A stretch of DNA of 64,000 bases from Capsulimonadaceae bacterium (GTDB lineage Bacteria; Armatimonadota; Armatimonadia; Armatimonadales; Capsulimonadaceae), in the NCBI GenBank assembly GCA_965215505.1, contig OZ244065.1:3680001-3744000 (forward strand), read 5' to 3'. The translations under genes were made by a program, and so were the position numbers. The notes under the pieces are model-generated. The model saw nothing but the letters and a program-made list of their open reading frames with translations, was not told the origin of the DNA and ran no database searches. Within the stretch, counting starts at the first letter, position 1. Each line of letters starts with the position of its first letter. Positions 9,084 to 18,078 of this stretch are shown piece by piece.

Positions 9084-9914
9084 ATGTTAAGTAGCTTGCA
9101 GGAATATACGCAACGGGAGGCGCAGGGGCTTCTTTCCGCCATCACTCTTTCTCTGTTGCCAAGCCCGACATCGCAGCGCATCGCCAGTGCTGACTCTGAT
9201 GTCCGCCGCCGCGTTCTCACAGAGGCACGCAACCTCCTCCATCTTCGCGATGATGATGAGTCCCCTGCCACACGCACAAAGATGCTGGACTTCCTGGGTG
9301 ACCAGATCAGTGAGAGCGTCCTGCGTGGGGCCGATCTCAGGGAGATCGAGGCCCGGCTAAGTGGTATAGGTGTTGGTCTCACGGGTGAGGTAACCAACCT
9401 GATTGGTATACTAACCCATGCTGGCGTCCCGAAGGAACACGCAGAGTCTTACGCTGAGGGCGTTCGCCGGGGCGGAACTCTGGTGATAGTGAACGCGCCG
9501 GACAACCAAGCCGAGGGGGCTGTAGAGATTCTGAACAGGCATGGTGCAGTAGATGTTGAGGAGCGCGGCCCCTTATATCGTGACGACGATAAGCAGGGTT
9601 TTCAGATCATCGAAGAGGATCTGACCGTAGGCAAGCGGCAAATCCAGCGCGGCGGCACCCGCGTCCAAACCTACGTCATTGAACACCCCGTCGAGGAGAG
9701 TGTGACGCTACACGAGGAGCATGTGATCATTGAGCGCCGCCTGATGGAGCGGGATGGGATGGTTTCTAAGGAGGCCCGTGTGGTTGAGGAAGTCGTCGTT
9801 GGCAAGACCGCGACCGCCCGCGTGGAAGCCGTCTCAGACACCGTCCGTCGTGCCGATGTGGGGGCTGAAGAACTTCCAAATGTGACCTCGGTGACCGGCA
9901 CAGCCAAACCCTAA
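9084..9914 (+). CDS. Chimeric ORF: unknown helical N-terminus fused to a decayed general-stress/YsnF (DUF2382) region
   Basis: GVPKEHAESYAEGVRRGGTLV, EEDLTVGKR, VSKEARVVEEVVVGK, DTVRR; appears internally shortened. Confidence 0.6.
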   Translation: MLSSLQEYTQREAQGLLSAITLSLLPSPTSQRIASADSDVRRRVLTEARNLLHLRDDDESPATRTKMLDFLGDQISESVLRGADLREIEARLSGIGVGLTGEVTNLIGILTHAGVPKEHAESYAEGVRRGGTLVIVNAPDNQAEGAVEILNRHGAVDVEERGPLYRDDDKQGFQIIEEDLTVGKRQIQRGGTRVQTYVIEHPVEESVTLHEEHVIIERRLMERDGMVSKEARVVEEVVVGKTATARVEAVSDTVRRADVGAEELPNVTSVTGTAKP

Positions 9915-10098
9915 CATCCTGGGGAGGTAGCCTAACCGCACGCTGCTGGTCGGTGCTGGGACTGCCCCTCAAGTCAGCCGCCAATAGGCATCAAGACAAA
10001 CACAAAGCAGGGGCCGCTGGTATGTTCCGGCGGCCCTCTCCTCTGCCGGGCCTCTGGCATATGACCCTCACTGGCCGTGCCGGCAGCCCGGATGAGCC

Positions 10099-10326
10099 TC
10101 ATCCCAGGTGGACTTGCACCAGCACACCGCAGAAGGCGGCGGCAGCCGTCAGGGCCAGCACCCCGCCCGCCTCCCAGCCCATCCCCTCTTTCCTCGCTGC
10201 CATTCCCCCCATGTGCATCTGCCCGCCGACCCGCGCGCCGGGTGACGCCTTCCGGGGGAAGCAGTCCTGCCGGACGATGTGCTGCTGGACGATGTGCCGG
10301 TATGTCTGTCGGATGCTCTGCTGCAT
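10099..10326 (-). CDS. Small protein with a C-terminal TM helix
   Basis: GAGGAG RBS; hydrophobic tail; upstream TGaTATCCT and a tandem TTTG(C)ATTACGC repeat. Confidence 0.45.
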   Translation of the reverse strand: MQQSIRQTYRHIVQQHIVRQDCFPRKASPGARVGGQMHMGGMAARKEGMGWEAGGVLALTAAAAFCGVLVQVHLG

Positions 10327-10628
10327 GGCCGTGATCTCCTCGGGTGTGTTGTCTACACGGAGAGGATATCACAGGGGCGTAATGCAAAGCGTAATCAAAG
10401 TGCGGGTTTCTGCAGCCCGTGCGTCCCGGCTGCGCCGGAGGGCCGCCCGCCTCGGGGCTTCCGATCGGGCATCATCCCCTTGCGTTCCAGAGGCCCCCCT
10501 GGTATCCTGCCGACAGCGGGAAAAGCCGCTGATGGCTTGGCGCGGAAGCCGGTGGCAGCCGCGCAGGTTGCGCGTAAAGTCATGGAGGTGCTTGATGGCT
10601 GTGCCGGCGTTGCGAGGGTCTTGATTCA

Positions 10629-11586
10629 TCATCCCGCCTGGCGGGCGCAGCAACGGAAATCCTTGAAGCCGAACGGCTGCGCTGCGGGTAAACGCTCACG
10701 GATCTGTTGATCCTCAAAGAGTGTCCGTGGCACCAGATCAGCCGGCACAGGGGCACACGCAGGCATGGCCTCGGTGATGCCTTCCGACAGCATGAATACC
10801 TGTGCGGAAGAAATCAGCGGCACGGTCATCGTGTGTTCGAAGAGCCAGGCCAGAACCCGGTGGGCAAAGATGGGAAATGGAAACGTCACAACGCTTCTGC
10901 CGAGAATGCGGGCCACTTGTTTTACCGCATCGCTTAACAGCATCCTTTGCGGGCCGACGACCGCCACGGTTTGACCCGGCATGCGATTATCGGTGAGAGC
11001 CGCTTGAAGGATGCGAACGATGTCTTCTACGGCGACCGGCTGGATCGCCTTCTCCCGAAAACCGACGGCGGGGAAGAACGGCAGGCTGTGGAGAGTGTGG
11101 CTAAGATGATCCAGCATGTGATCGCCTTTGCCGTAAATCATGCCCGCTTTGATGATCGTGTGGTCCAGTCCTGAACCCCGCACGATCTCCTCGGCCGCCC
11201 ATTTCGACTCATGGTACGGCGAACGGCAGTGGGGGCGTGCCCGGAGGAAGCTGAGAAGCAAGACCTTTCTCACCCCGGCGGCGCGTGCGGCGTCCACGAC
11301 ATTCCGTGTCCCCTGGACATGAACGCGCTCATAGGTTTGTTCGCCGATGGCACGGCTGATCCCCGCACAGTGGGCCAGCGCATCACATCCGGCAAATGCC
11401 TCGGCCAGTTTCTTCGCGGATGACGTGCCGATCTCCGCGAAGGTCGCATTGTCCAGAGTGCGTATCTCCGTGTCGCGGGCATCAACCCCCCCGTGCGATG
11501 AGGACGACCTGATGCCCGCTCTGCACAAGGGCGCGTGCGAGATGCCGCCCGACGAATCCGGTTCCGCCCGTGATCGCGATTTTCAT
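10629..11586 (-). pseudogene. NAD(P)-dependent epimerase/SDR (NDUFA9-like), frameshifted in a G7 run (possible sequencing error)
   Basis: MKIAITGGTGFVG starts at 11586; removing one base from 11486-11492 joins it to the frame with the YHESK catalytic motif. Confidence 0.8.
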
Positions 11587-11623
11587 TGGTAAGCCTCCAG
11601 TCTTGGGCCTCTCTGACCGGTCC

Positions 11624-12031
11624 TCACTGATAGGGCACATAGCCCGGCGTCGGGGCCTCGCCGACGGGCATGGGCTTCCGGCTGTTCAGGGCCGACGTGC
11701 GGATCCTGCTGAACAGGAACAGGTTGAAGAAGTGCATCGCCCCCAGCACCAGCAGGACCAGGCCCATCTTCGAGGCCAAGGCCTCGATGCCCTGGCGGGC
11801 GTCGGTGACGGGGTCGCTGATCTTCAGCATCAGGCTGATGTAGCCCAGGTTGATCAGGTAGAACCCGACCACCAGGAGCTGGTTCACCGAGTCGGCGATG
11901 GCCTCGTTGCCCCGGAAGACGTCCACGAGGAAGACCCGCCCGCTCTTGAAGAGCGTCCGGGCCACCCAGACGGTCAGGGCGATGCTGAGAACTAAGTACG
12001 CGGCGTAGGTCGTGACGATCTCGGTCTGCAT
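11624..12031 (-). CDS. Conserved integral membrane protein
   Basis: Three TM segments; ADSVNQLLVVGFYLINLGY and LGAMHFFNL motifs. Confidence 0.8.
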   Translation of the reverse strand: MQTEIVTTYAAYLVLSIALTVWVARTLFKSGRVFLVDVFRGNEAIADSVNQLLVVGFYLINLGYISLMLKISDPVTDARQGIEALASKMGLVLLVLGAMHFFNLFLFSRIRTSALNSRKPMPVGEAPTPGYVPYQ

Positions 12032-12084
12032 TTCGGGCCTCTTTCTGTCTTCCGTTCTGTCTCGTTTTCTGTTCGGCGTGGTAT

Positions 12085-12166
12085 AATGAACATGTTCATT
12101 GTTCACTGATAAGAGGATACCCACATTGAACGGGGAAGTCAAGCGTTTTATGAACATGTTCATAAA
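12085..12166. promoter_or_regulatory. Two perfect palindromic operators (core ATGAACATGTTCAT), probably bound by the adjacent TetR
   Basis: 16-bp palindrome at 12085-12100 and 20-bp palindrome at 12147-12166, between divergent genes. Confidence 0.8.
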
Positions 12167-12184
12167 TTATTTTTGGAGTGGACC

Positions 12185-12946
12185 ATGACCGTCAAAACCG
12201 CCCCGCCGCATACTTCCGCGTCGGCAAAGACCATCGGGAAGGCGCAGCGGACGCGCGAACACATCCTGGAGACGGCGCTCGCGCTGTTCGCGCGCAAGGG
12301 CTACGCGGAAACGACCATGCGGGACATCGCCTCCGAGGCCGGCTGTTCGCTCGGCCTGGCGTACCGCTACTTCGCGCGCAAGGAGGAGATGGTGCTGGCC
12401 CTGTATGAGCGGCTGGCCTCGGAACTGGAGGAGGAGGTGGCGGGCCTGCCGCCCCTGCCGCTGGCGAAGCGGTTCGTGGCGACCCTGGAGGCGGATTTGC
12501 GGCGTCTGACGCCGCACCGGGCGACGATGGGGGCACTGTTCGCGGCGGGGCTTGCCCCGGACTCGCCGGTGGCCGTGCTGGGGGAGGGGGTGTCGGGCCT
12601 TCGGGACCGCGTCTGGCGGCTGTATTTACTAGTCGTGACGGGGGCGTCCGACGCGCCCCGGCGCGGCCAGGCGGAGCAGATGGCGACGCTGTTCTACTCG
12701 GCCCACCTGCTAATCATTTTGTTCTGGCTCCAGGACAAGAGCGACGGCCAGGCGAGGACGCGCGAGCTGCTGTCCTTCGCACAGGAGATGCTGGGTCGCC
12801 TGCGCCCCGTGCTGGGCCTGCCGCCGGTGGCCCGGCCCCTGGCGCGTCTCGCCCGGATCGTCGGCCCGATGTTCGGGCCGGCGGGCGAGGGGATGGGAGC
12901 CGGGGGCAAGAGCCGGAACGAGTCAGGAGCGAGCCGGAACGAGTGA
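12185..12946 (+). CDS. TetR/AcrR family transcriptional regulator
   Basis: ILETALALFARKGYAETTMRDIASEAGCSLGLAYRYFARKEE HTH. Confidence 0.93.
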   Translation: MTVKTAPPHTSASAKTIGKAQRTREHILETALALFARKGYAETTMRDIASEAGCSLGLAYRYFARKEEMVLALYERLASELEEEVAGLPPLPLAKRFVATLEADLRRLTPHRATMGALFAAGLAPDSPVAVLGEGVSGLRDRVWRLYLLVVTGASDAPRRGQAEQMATLFYSAHLLIILFWLQDKSDGQARTRELLSFAQEMLGRLRPVLGLPPVARPLARLARIVGPMFGPAGEGMGAGGKSRNESGASRNE

Positions 12947-13173
12947 TTGAAATCACTCGCTGATGCGGGACCTGTCCAGGGGACAGAAGAAGCTGCGGAG
13001 GGAGAAGAGGGCGCGGCAGGACAAGAGGGCGCGGCAAGCGGCGCCCCTACGAGGCCCGAAGGGCTTATCCGATAGCATTGTCCGATAGCATTGTCCGAAG
13101 CCCCGAAGGGGCGGCCCACCGGCGAAGCCGGGAGTACCCCAATACAACCCTAGACCGGCCATTCATGGCCGGG
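12939..13173. repeat. Cluster of REP-like palindromes (three families) and short tandem repeats
   Basis: GAGTGATTGAAATCACTC...TGTCCAGGGGACA; GGGCGC..GCGCCCCTAC; CCGGCCATTCATGGCCGG; TCCGATAGCATTG x2. Confidence 0.75.
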
Positions 13174-13384
13174 TCCTGCCGGATGGCAGCCGAGCCTGAC
13201 GCGGGCTGAACGTCGGGGGCTGAACGTCGGGGGCTGTCCGGGTCAGTCAACCTCAGCCCTGCGTCGTTCGGCACGCGCCCCTGTTACCGGATGACTGCCG
13301 GATGACTGCCGGATGATTACCGGGTGATCGGGCATAGGCGCTCGCGCAGGGCGGTCGTCATCGCCCCAATCAGAAGGCCGCCCT

Positions 13385-13636
13385 TCAGAGGGCTGCTTCG
13401 GATGCCGCCTGCTGGTAGGCGGTGATGGCCGGGGAAACCGCCGTGGGGGCGTCGAAGTGATGCCCGCCGTGATGGCGGCCCGAGAGCCGTTTGGCCTGGT
13501 CGGAGACGGAAAAGGTGGCGGAAGGGTCGCCGATTACCGGGTCGGTGACGGGGTCCTTGGCGTTCAAGGTAGGCCCGAGGCTGGGTGCCGGGGCGGCTGG
13601 GACCGTGCCGTTCGTGAAGATGCTGCTGATGCTCAT
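13385..13636 (-). CDS. Small hypothetical protein (83 aa), probably sigma28-dependent
   Basis: GGAGG RBS; MSISSI start; FSVSDQAKRL motif. Confidence 0.65.
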   Translation of the reverse strand: MSISSIFTNGTVPAAPAPSLGPTLNAKDPVTDPVIGDPSATFSVSDQAKRLSGRHHGGHHFDAPTAVSPAITAYQQAASEAAL

Positions 13637-13691
13637 GGGTGAGCCTCCGATCAGGTTGGACTGGCCGCGTGGTGGTTCGCAGTTGTTTCCC

Positions 13692-13718
13692 ATATCGGTA
13701 TTAATACCTGGGAACTGA
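13692..13718 (-). promoter_or_regulatory. Sigma28-type promoter
   Basis: TCAG-N15-ACCGATAT on the minus strand. Confidence 0.55.
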
Positions 13719-13731
13719 AGGGTGCGCGAAA

Positions 13732-16086
13732 ATGAAGCATGGAACCTGGCCCCTGGGCCTTCTCCTCATCGCGGCGCTGTGGCTGGGGGCGCGTCCGGGG
13801 CGGACCGAGGCCCCGCCGAACCTGCTGACGAACGGCGACTTCGCGGCGGGCGTCTCCTCGGGCTGGGAGCCGTTCTGGTCGCGGCAGGCCGGGTCGGGGG
13901 CGATGGCGGTGGACCCGGCAGTCGGGCACGGCGGCCACCCGTCCCTGCGCGTGACTCACGCCGGGGCGGACGACTGGAGCGCAGCGCAGGCAGCGCGGCT
14001 GCCGGTGACGCCCGGCGGCATCTACCGCCTGAGCGGGTGGGTGCGCTGCGACAAGGCCGCAAACGTCGAACTGAGTGTGGTGACGCGGGACGCCAGGGGC
14101 GGCGTCCTGGACTGGTCCTATTCGCCCGTCCGCACGGCGGGGACGCACGACTGGTCGGCCCTGACGCGCCGGTTCGTCATCCCCGCCGGCTGCGCCACGG
14201 TTCAGTTCCGCATGATCGGTTCGGGGCTGGGGACGGTCTGGCTGAGTGAGGCATCACTCGTGAAAGAGGGCGCGATCCCCGCAGTGGGGCGCGGGAAGAC
14301 TTTGCGGCTGTCAAACCCGTTCCTGGACGTGCGGCTGGCATCGGGGGAGGGGACGCTGACCGTCACGGACAAGCGCGCGGGCCGGACGTGGCACCAGGAG
14401 CCGTTCGGGGCGGGCCTGATCGTCCGCGACGCCCGGCCGCTGGGCGCGAACGGTGCCAGGCTGACGCTGTGGGACGCCGGGAACGACCTGACATTGCGCG
14501 CCGACCTGGCGCTCGCCCCCGGAGCGCCCGAGCTGACCGTGACGCTGACAGGCCCCGAAACCGGAGTGGTGCAGGAGGCAGTGCCCTTCCCGATGCCGTT
14601 CGTCACCGGGCCGGGGACCGCCCTGGTCGTGCCGCTCAACGAGGGCATCCTGTACCCCGTGGATGACGCGACGGTCCCGCCCATCTCCCTCGTCACCTAC
14701 TCCGGGCACGGCCTGTGCATGCCCTGGGTGGGCGTCATGGACACGAGAACCGGCGCGGGCGTCATGACGGTCCTGCGGACGCCCGACGACGCCCACGTCG
14801 AGATCACGCGGCGAGGGGGCGGGAGCCTGTTCGCACAGCCCGCGTGGGAGGCGACGCGGGGCCGGTTCGGCTATGCCCGGTCGCTCCTCTACGTCTTCCT
14901 GCCCAATGGCGGCTATGTAGGCCAGGCGAAGCGCTATCGCGCCTACGCCAAAAGCACGGGCCTGTTCAAGACGCTGGCGCAGAAGCGGCGCGAGAACCCG
15001 AACGTGGACAAACTGGTCGGCGCGGTCAACGTCTGGAACTGGGACATGGACAAGGTCGGCCTGTGCCGCGAGATGAAGGCCCTGGGGATGGAGCGGGTGC
15101 TGTGGTCCAGCGGCGGTTCGCCCGAAGAAGTGGCCGCGATCAACGCCCTGGGCTACCTGAGCAGCCGCTACGACATCTTCCAGGACGTCTACCCGCCGGA
15201 CGCGCCGAAGTGGCTCAACAAGGCCGGCTGGCCGCAGGACCTGGTCTGGCTGCCGAACGGCGACTGGATGAAGGGCTGGGCGGACATCCAGAAGAAGCCG
15301 GACGGCACGCAGGTCGTCTACCAGGGCGGCGTCATCAACTCCGAGCGCGGCCTGGCGCGCGCCAAGCAGACGACCCCCGCCGACCTCAAAACGACGCCCT
15401 ACGGCTGCCGCTTCATCGACACGACGACCGCCTCGCCGTGGCGCGAGGACTATAACCCCGCCCACCCCCTGACGCGCTCCTTGGACCGGCACTACAAGAT
15501 GGCCCTGCTGGACTTCTGCTCGGGTCAGGAGAAACTGGTGGTCGGCACCGAGACGGGGATAGACCCGTCCGTCCCGTTCGTAGACTATTACGAGGGCATG
15601 ATGAGCCTTGCCCCGTACCGGCTCCCTGACTCGGGCTACGCCATGATGGCCTACAAGACGCCGACCCCGGACTTCCTGAAGTTTCAGGTCGGCCCCTTCT
15701 ACCGCATCCCCCTGTGGGAGCTGGTCTACCACGACTGCGTCGTCGCCGACTGGTACTGGGGGGACTCGACCAACAAAGAACCCGAAGCGTGGGACAAGCG
15801 CGACCTGTTCAACAGCCTCTACGCCACGCCCCCGCTGTTCCTGTTCGACCACGCCATCTGGGAGAAGAACAAGGCCCACTTCGCCCAAACTTACCGGACC
15901 GTCTGCCCCCTCGTCCGCCGCCTCGGCTACGACGAGATGCTGTCACACAAGTTCCTGACCCCCGCCCACACCGTCCAGCAGACGCGCTGGGCCTCGGGCG
16001 TGACCGTCACGGTCAACTTCGGCGACAGGCCGTACACGCTGCGGCGGGGCATAGTCATCCCGGCGGGCGGGCGGCGGGTGGATTAG
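13732..16086 (+). CDS. Secreted putative glycoside hydrolase (GH129/GH101-like) with an N-terminal CBM4/9-like domain
   Basis: Signal peptide; NLLTNGDF CBM start; YLSSRYDIFQD, FIDTTTA, GTETG, YRIPLWELVYHD; family tentative. Confidence 0.7.
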   Translation: MKHGTWPLGLLLIAALWLGARPGRTEAPPNLLTNGDFAAGVSSGWEPFWSRQAGSGAMAVDPAVGHGGHPSLRVTHAGADDWSAAQAARLPVTPGGIYRLSGWVRCDKAANVELSVVTRDARGGVLDWSYSPVRTAGTHDWSALTRRFVIPAGCATVQFRMIGSGLGTVWLSEASLVKEGAIPAVGRGKTLRLSNPFLDVRLASGEGTLTVTDKRAGRTWHQEPFGAGLIVRDARPLGANGARLTLWDAGNDLTLRADLALAPGAPELTVTLTGPETGVVQEAVPFPMPFVTGPGTALVVPLNEGILYPVDDATVPPISLVTYSGHGLCMPWVGVMDTRTGAGVMTVLRTPDDAHVEITRRGGGSLFAQPAWEATRGRFGYARSLLYVFLPNGGYVGQAKRYRAYAKSTGLFKTLAQKRRENPNVDKLVGAVNVWNWDMDKVGLCREMKALGMERVLWSSGGSPEEVAAINALGYLSSRYDIFQDVYPPDAPKWLNKAGWPQDLVWLPNGDWMKGWADIQKKPDGTQVVYQGGVINSERGLARAKQTTPADLKTTPYGCRFIDTTTASPWREDYNPAHPLTRSLDRHYKMALLDFCSGQEKLVVGTETGIDPSVPFVDYYEGMMSLAPYRLPDSGYAMMAYKTPTPDFLKFQVGPFYRIPLWELVYHDCVVADWYWGDSTNKEPEAWDKRDLFNSLYATPPLFLFDHAIWEKNKAHFAQTYRTVCPLVRRLGYDEMLSHKFLTPAHTVQQTRWASGVTVTVNFGDRPYTLRRGIVIPAGGRRVD

Positions 16087-16143
16087 AGGAGACGGCGGGG
16101 TAAAAGCGGGGACCGAATTAGGAGCCGATGTTACGCACCCGAG

Positions 16144-16280
16144 TACCCGGATTGAAATCCGGGTAATCGGTAGAGCGAATGTCCACCTGCGTGGACAAAA
16201 AGACGTTTAAGGGGGGCCGGTTCCTCTGTCCACGCAGGTGGACACCCGCTTTGTTAAAGACCTGGAATTCATTCCAGGTT
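16144..16280. repeat. REPIN-like inverted pair of double hairpins
   Basis: ACCCGGATTGAAATCCGGGT..TGTCCACCTGCGTGGACA / TGTCCACGCAGGTGGACA..ACCTGGAATTCATTCCAGGT. Confidence 0.7.
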
Positions 16281-16334
16281 CAGTCAAGCGGTCAGCCGAA
16301 CGGCAGGGGCAGGAGGCCCGAAAAGCCGCCGAGA

Positions 16335-16718
16335 TCAAGCCGCAGCGGGCGGCTCCCAGAGTTCGACTTTGTTGCCTTCCGGGTCCAGGACCCACGCGAA
16401 ACGCCCGTACTCTTCGGCGACTTCCCCCTCGATCGTCACCCCCGCCGCGCGTAGCTGCGCCAGCATCCGCTCCAAATTCTCCACCCGGTAGTTGACCATC
16501 CAGGAAGCGCGGCTGGGGGCAAAATAGGTGGTTTCCCGTGGGAACAGGGACCAGACGGTTTCCCCCAGCTTCTCCGGCGCGTCGGCTTCCCGCCAGTGGA
16601 ACATCGTGGAGCCATGCTCGTCGATGGGAACGCCGAGCTTGTCCTGATACCATTTCTGGAGTTCGGTCGGGTCATCCGCCTTGACGAATATGCCGCCGAT
16701 GCCGGTCACTTTTTCCAT
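16335..16718 (-). CDS. VOC/glyoxalase family protein
   Basis: MEKVTGIGGIFVKA...YGRFAWVLDPEGNKVELWEP. Confidence 0.92.
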   Translation of the reverse strand: MEKVTGIGGIFVKADDPTELQKWYQDKLGVPIDEHGSTMFHWREADAPEKLGETVWSLFPRETTYFAPSRASWMVNYRVENLERMLAQLRAAGVTIEGEVAEEYGRFAWVLDPEGNKVELWEPPAAA

Positions 16719-16932
16719 GTTGAACACCTCGCCTGGATGATTCTGATGTCTCAGATGCGGTCATCATACCAGGCAGAGCCGAGTGCGGCAGCAGGAAGGG
16801 CGTCCGTCGCTCTCCGACTTTGCAAAATTCTCATCAGATGAGAATTCCCCCATCGGTCGTCAGATGATCGTCATCATGGAAGAGGAAGCGCCGGCCAGAG
16901 GATGGGGGGCGAATACAAGGCCCACCCCTGGA

Positions 16933-17358
16933 TTAAGCCGCGACCGGCTCCGGCCTCCAGGCCTCGGCGGCGGGCCTCACGGCGGTGATGATGGCCGCGC
17001 TCTCGATGAACTCGTCTTCATAGGGCACGTTGTGGAGCAGCCTTACCTCGTGCCGCGTCGCCCCGCCGGGCATCCGGCTCAGTACGGCCTGCACCAGCGG
17101 GTCCTCCTGAGGCAGCACGACAAACGTCCCGATCCGGGGCCACCAATCGTCGTCGCCGATGGCCTGGCGGACGAGTTCTATCAGAAGGTTCAGCGAATTG
17201 CGGTCACTGACCAGCCAGGAGGCGGAAACGACCACATCGAATTTAGTGGGGAGGTCGTCGCGCTGGAAAAGCCCGAACAGCGTGAAGTCCCTGCCGCCTT
17301 TGGAGATCGTCTCTTCCGCCGTCCGGAACCGCTCGAAGAGGCTCTGGCTGCTGATCAT
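16933..17358 (-). CDS. Hypothetical partner of the HEPN protein (antitoxin candidate)
   Basis: ATGA overlap with the HEPN gene; FGLFQRDD..KFDVVVSASW. Confidence 0.7.
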   Translation of the reverse strand: MISSQSLFERFRTAEETISKGGRDFTLFGLFQRDDLPTKFDVVVSASWLVSDRNSLNLLIELVRQAIGDDDWWPRIGTFVVLPQEDPLVQAVLSRMPGGATRHEVRLLHNVPYEDEFIESAAIITAVRPAAEAWRPEPVAA

Positions 17359-17753
17359 AGAATCACCTTCATTATGTTTTCCGCCGCCGCGATCATGTCG
17401 TCCGCGTCGGCCCGCGTCTTCGTCCCTCGGGGGCTGTATCGCTGCTCCGGGTCCCACTTCGTGAGGGTAGCCCAATCCACAGCCAGCGCCGGGTGAATCC
17501 GGGAGTCGGCACCCGACAGTTGAAGCAGTATTCCCAGGTTGTGCGTCTTGAAGCTGCTCAAACCCTCGAACTCTTTCTTCGTGTTCGGGAACCCCTGCCA
17601 CCGGAGCGTCCTGCAAATGCGGTCCTTCAAGGCGATCTCCACCGCATACCCACAGAGGTAGACGGCCACATCGTCTTTCCGGCTGTCCCGGAGGAGAGTG
17701 GCGGCGACCAGATACTCCCGTGCGGTCTTCCGCAGGTCGGCGCGTGTGATCAT
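17355..17753 (-). CDS. HEPN-domain protein
   Basis: AVYLCGYAVEIALK...KTHNL...WDPEQRY. Confidence 0.8.
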   Translation of the reverse strand: MITRADLRKTAREYLVAATLLRDSRKDDVAVYLCGYAVEIALKDRICRTLRWQGFPNTKKEFEGLSSFKTHNLGILLQLSGADSRIHPALAVDWATLTKWDPEQRYSPRGTKTRADADDMIAAAENIMKVIL

Positions 17754-18078
17754 GCTTGCGGGTACGTCCGCCCGGCATGGTCGTTCTTGACGGCAACACG
17801 GACACGGGCCTGTGTCACACGGAGGCGTGCCGCCCCCTCTTTGACTATCGGGTACATACCCGGACTTTAGCACATCCCCTCGTCCCTTGTCAAACGCGCA
17901 TTCGGGCTGCCTTGGGCACACGAGTTCCTGACGCCCGGCCGGGCCGTCCGGCAGACGCGCTGGGCGTCGGGTGAGTCAGGGGGGAGGCACGGGAATCAGG
18001 AGGGTCGGCACGGGGCCTGTCCCGACAATGACCGAAGTCGTAGGGGCAATCCCTTGTGGTTGCCCGCCCCGGCTACGC

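Noticed and set aside
8372-9914. Prophage or ICE
   Set aside because: No integrase, att pair, or structural or conjugation genes were seen
10400-10620. Possible c-di-GMP-I riboswitch (GGGACGCA on the minus strand, several hairpins)
   Set aside because: Lacks GGCAAA, the GNRA loop and the P3 consensus; the likely promoter lies downstream of it
13200-13330. Short tandem repeats (GGGCTGAACGTCGG x2; CCGGATGACTG-like x3-4)
   Set aside because: Low-copy slippage repeats with no evidence of function
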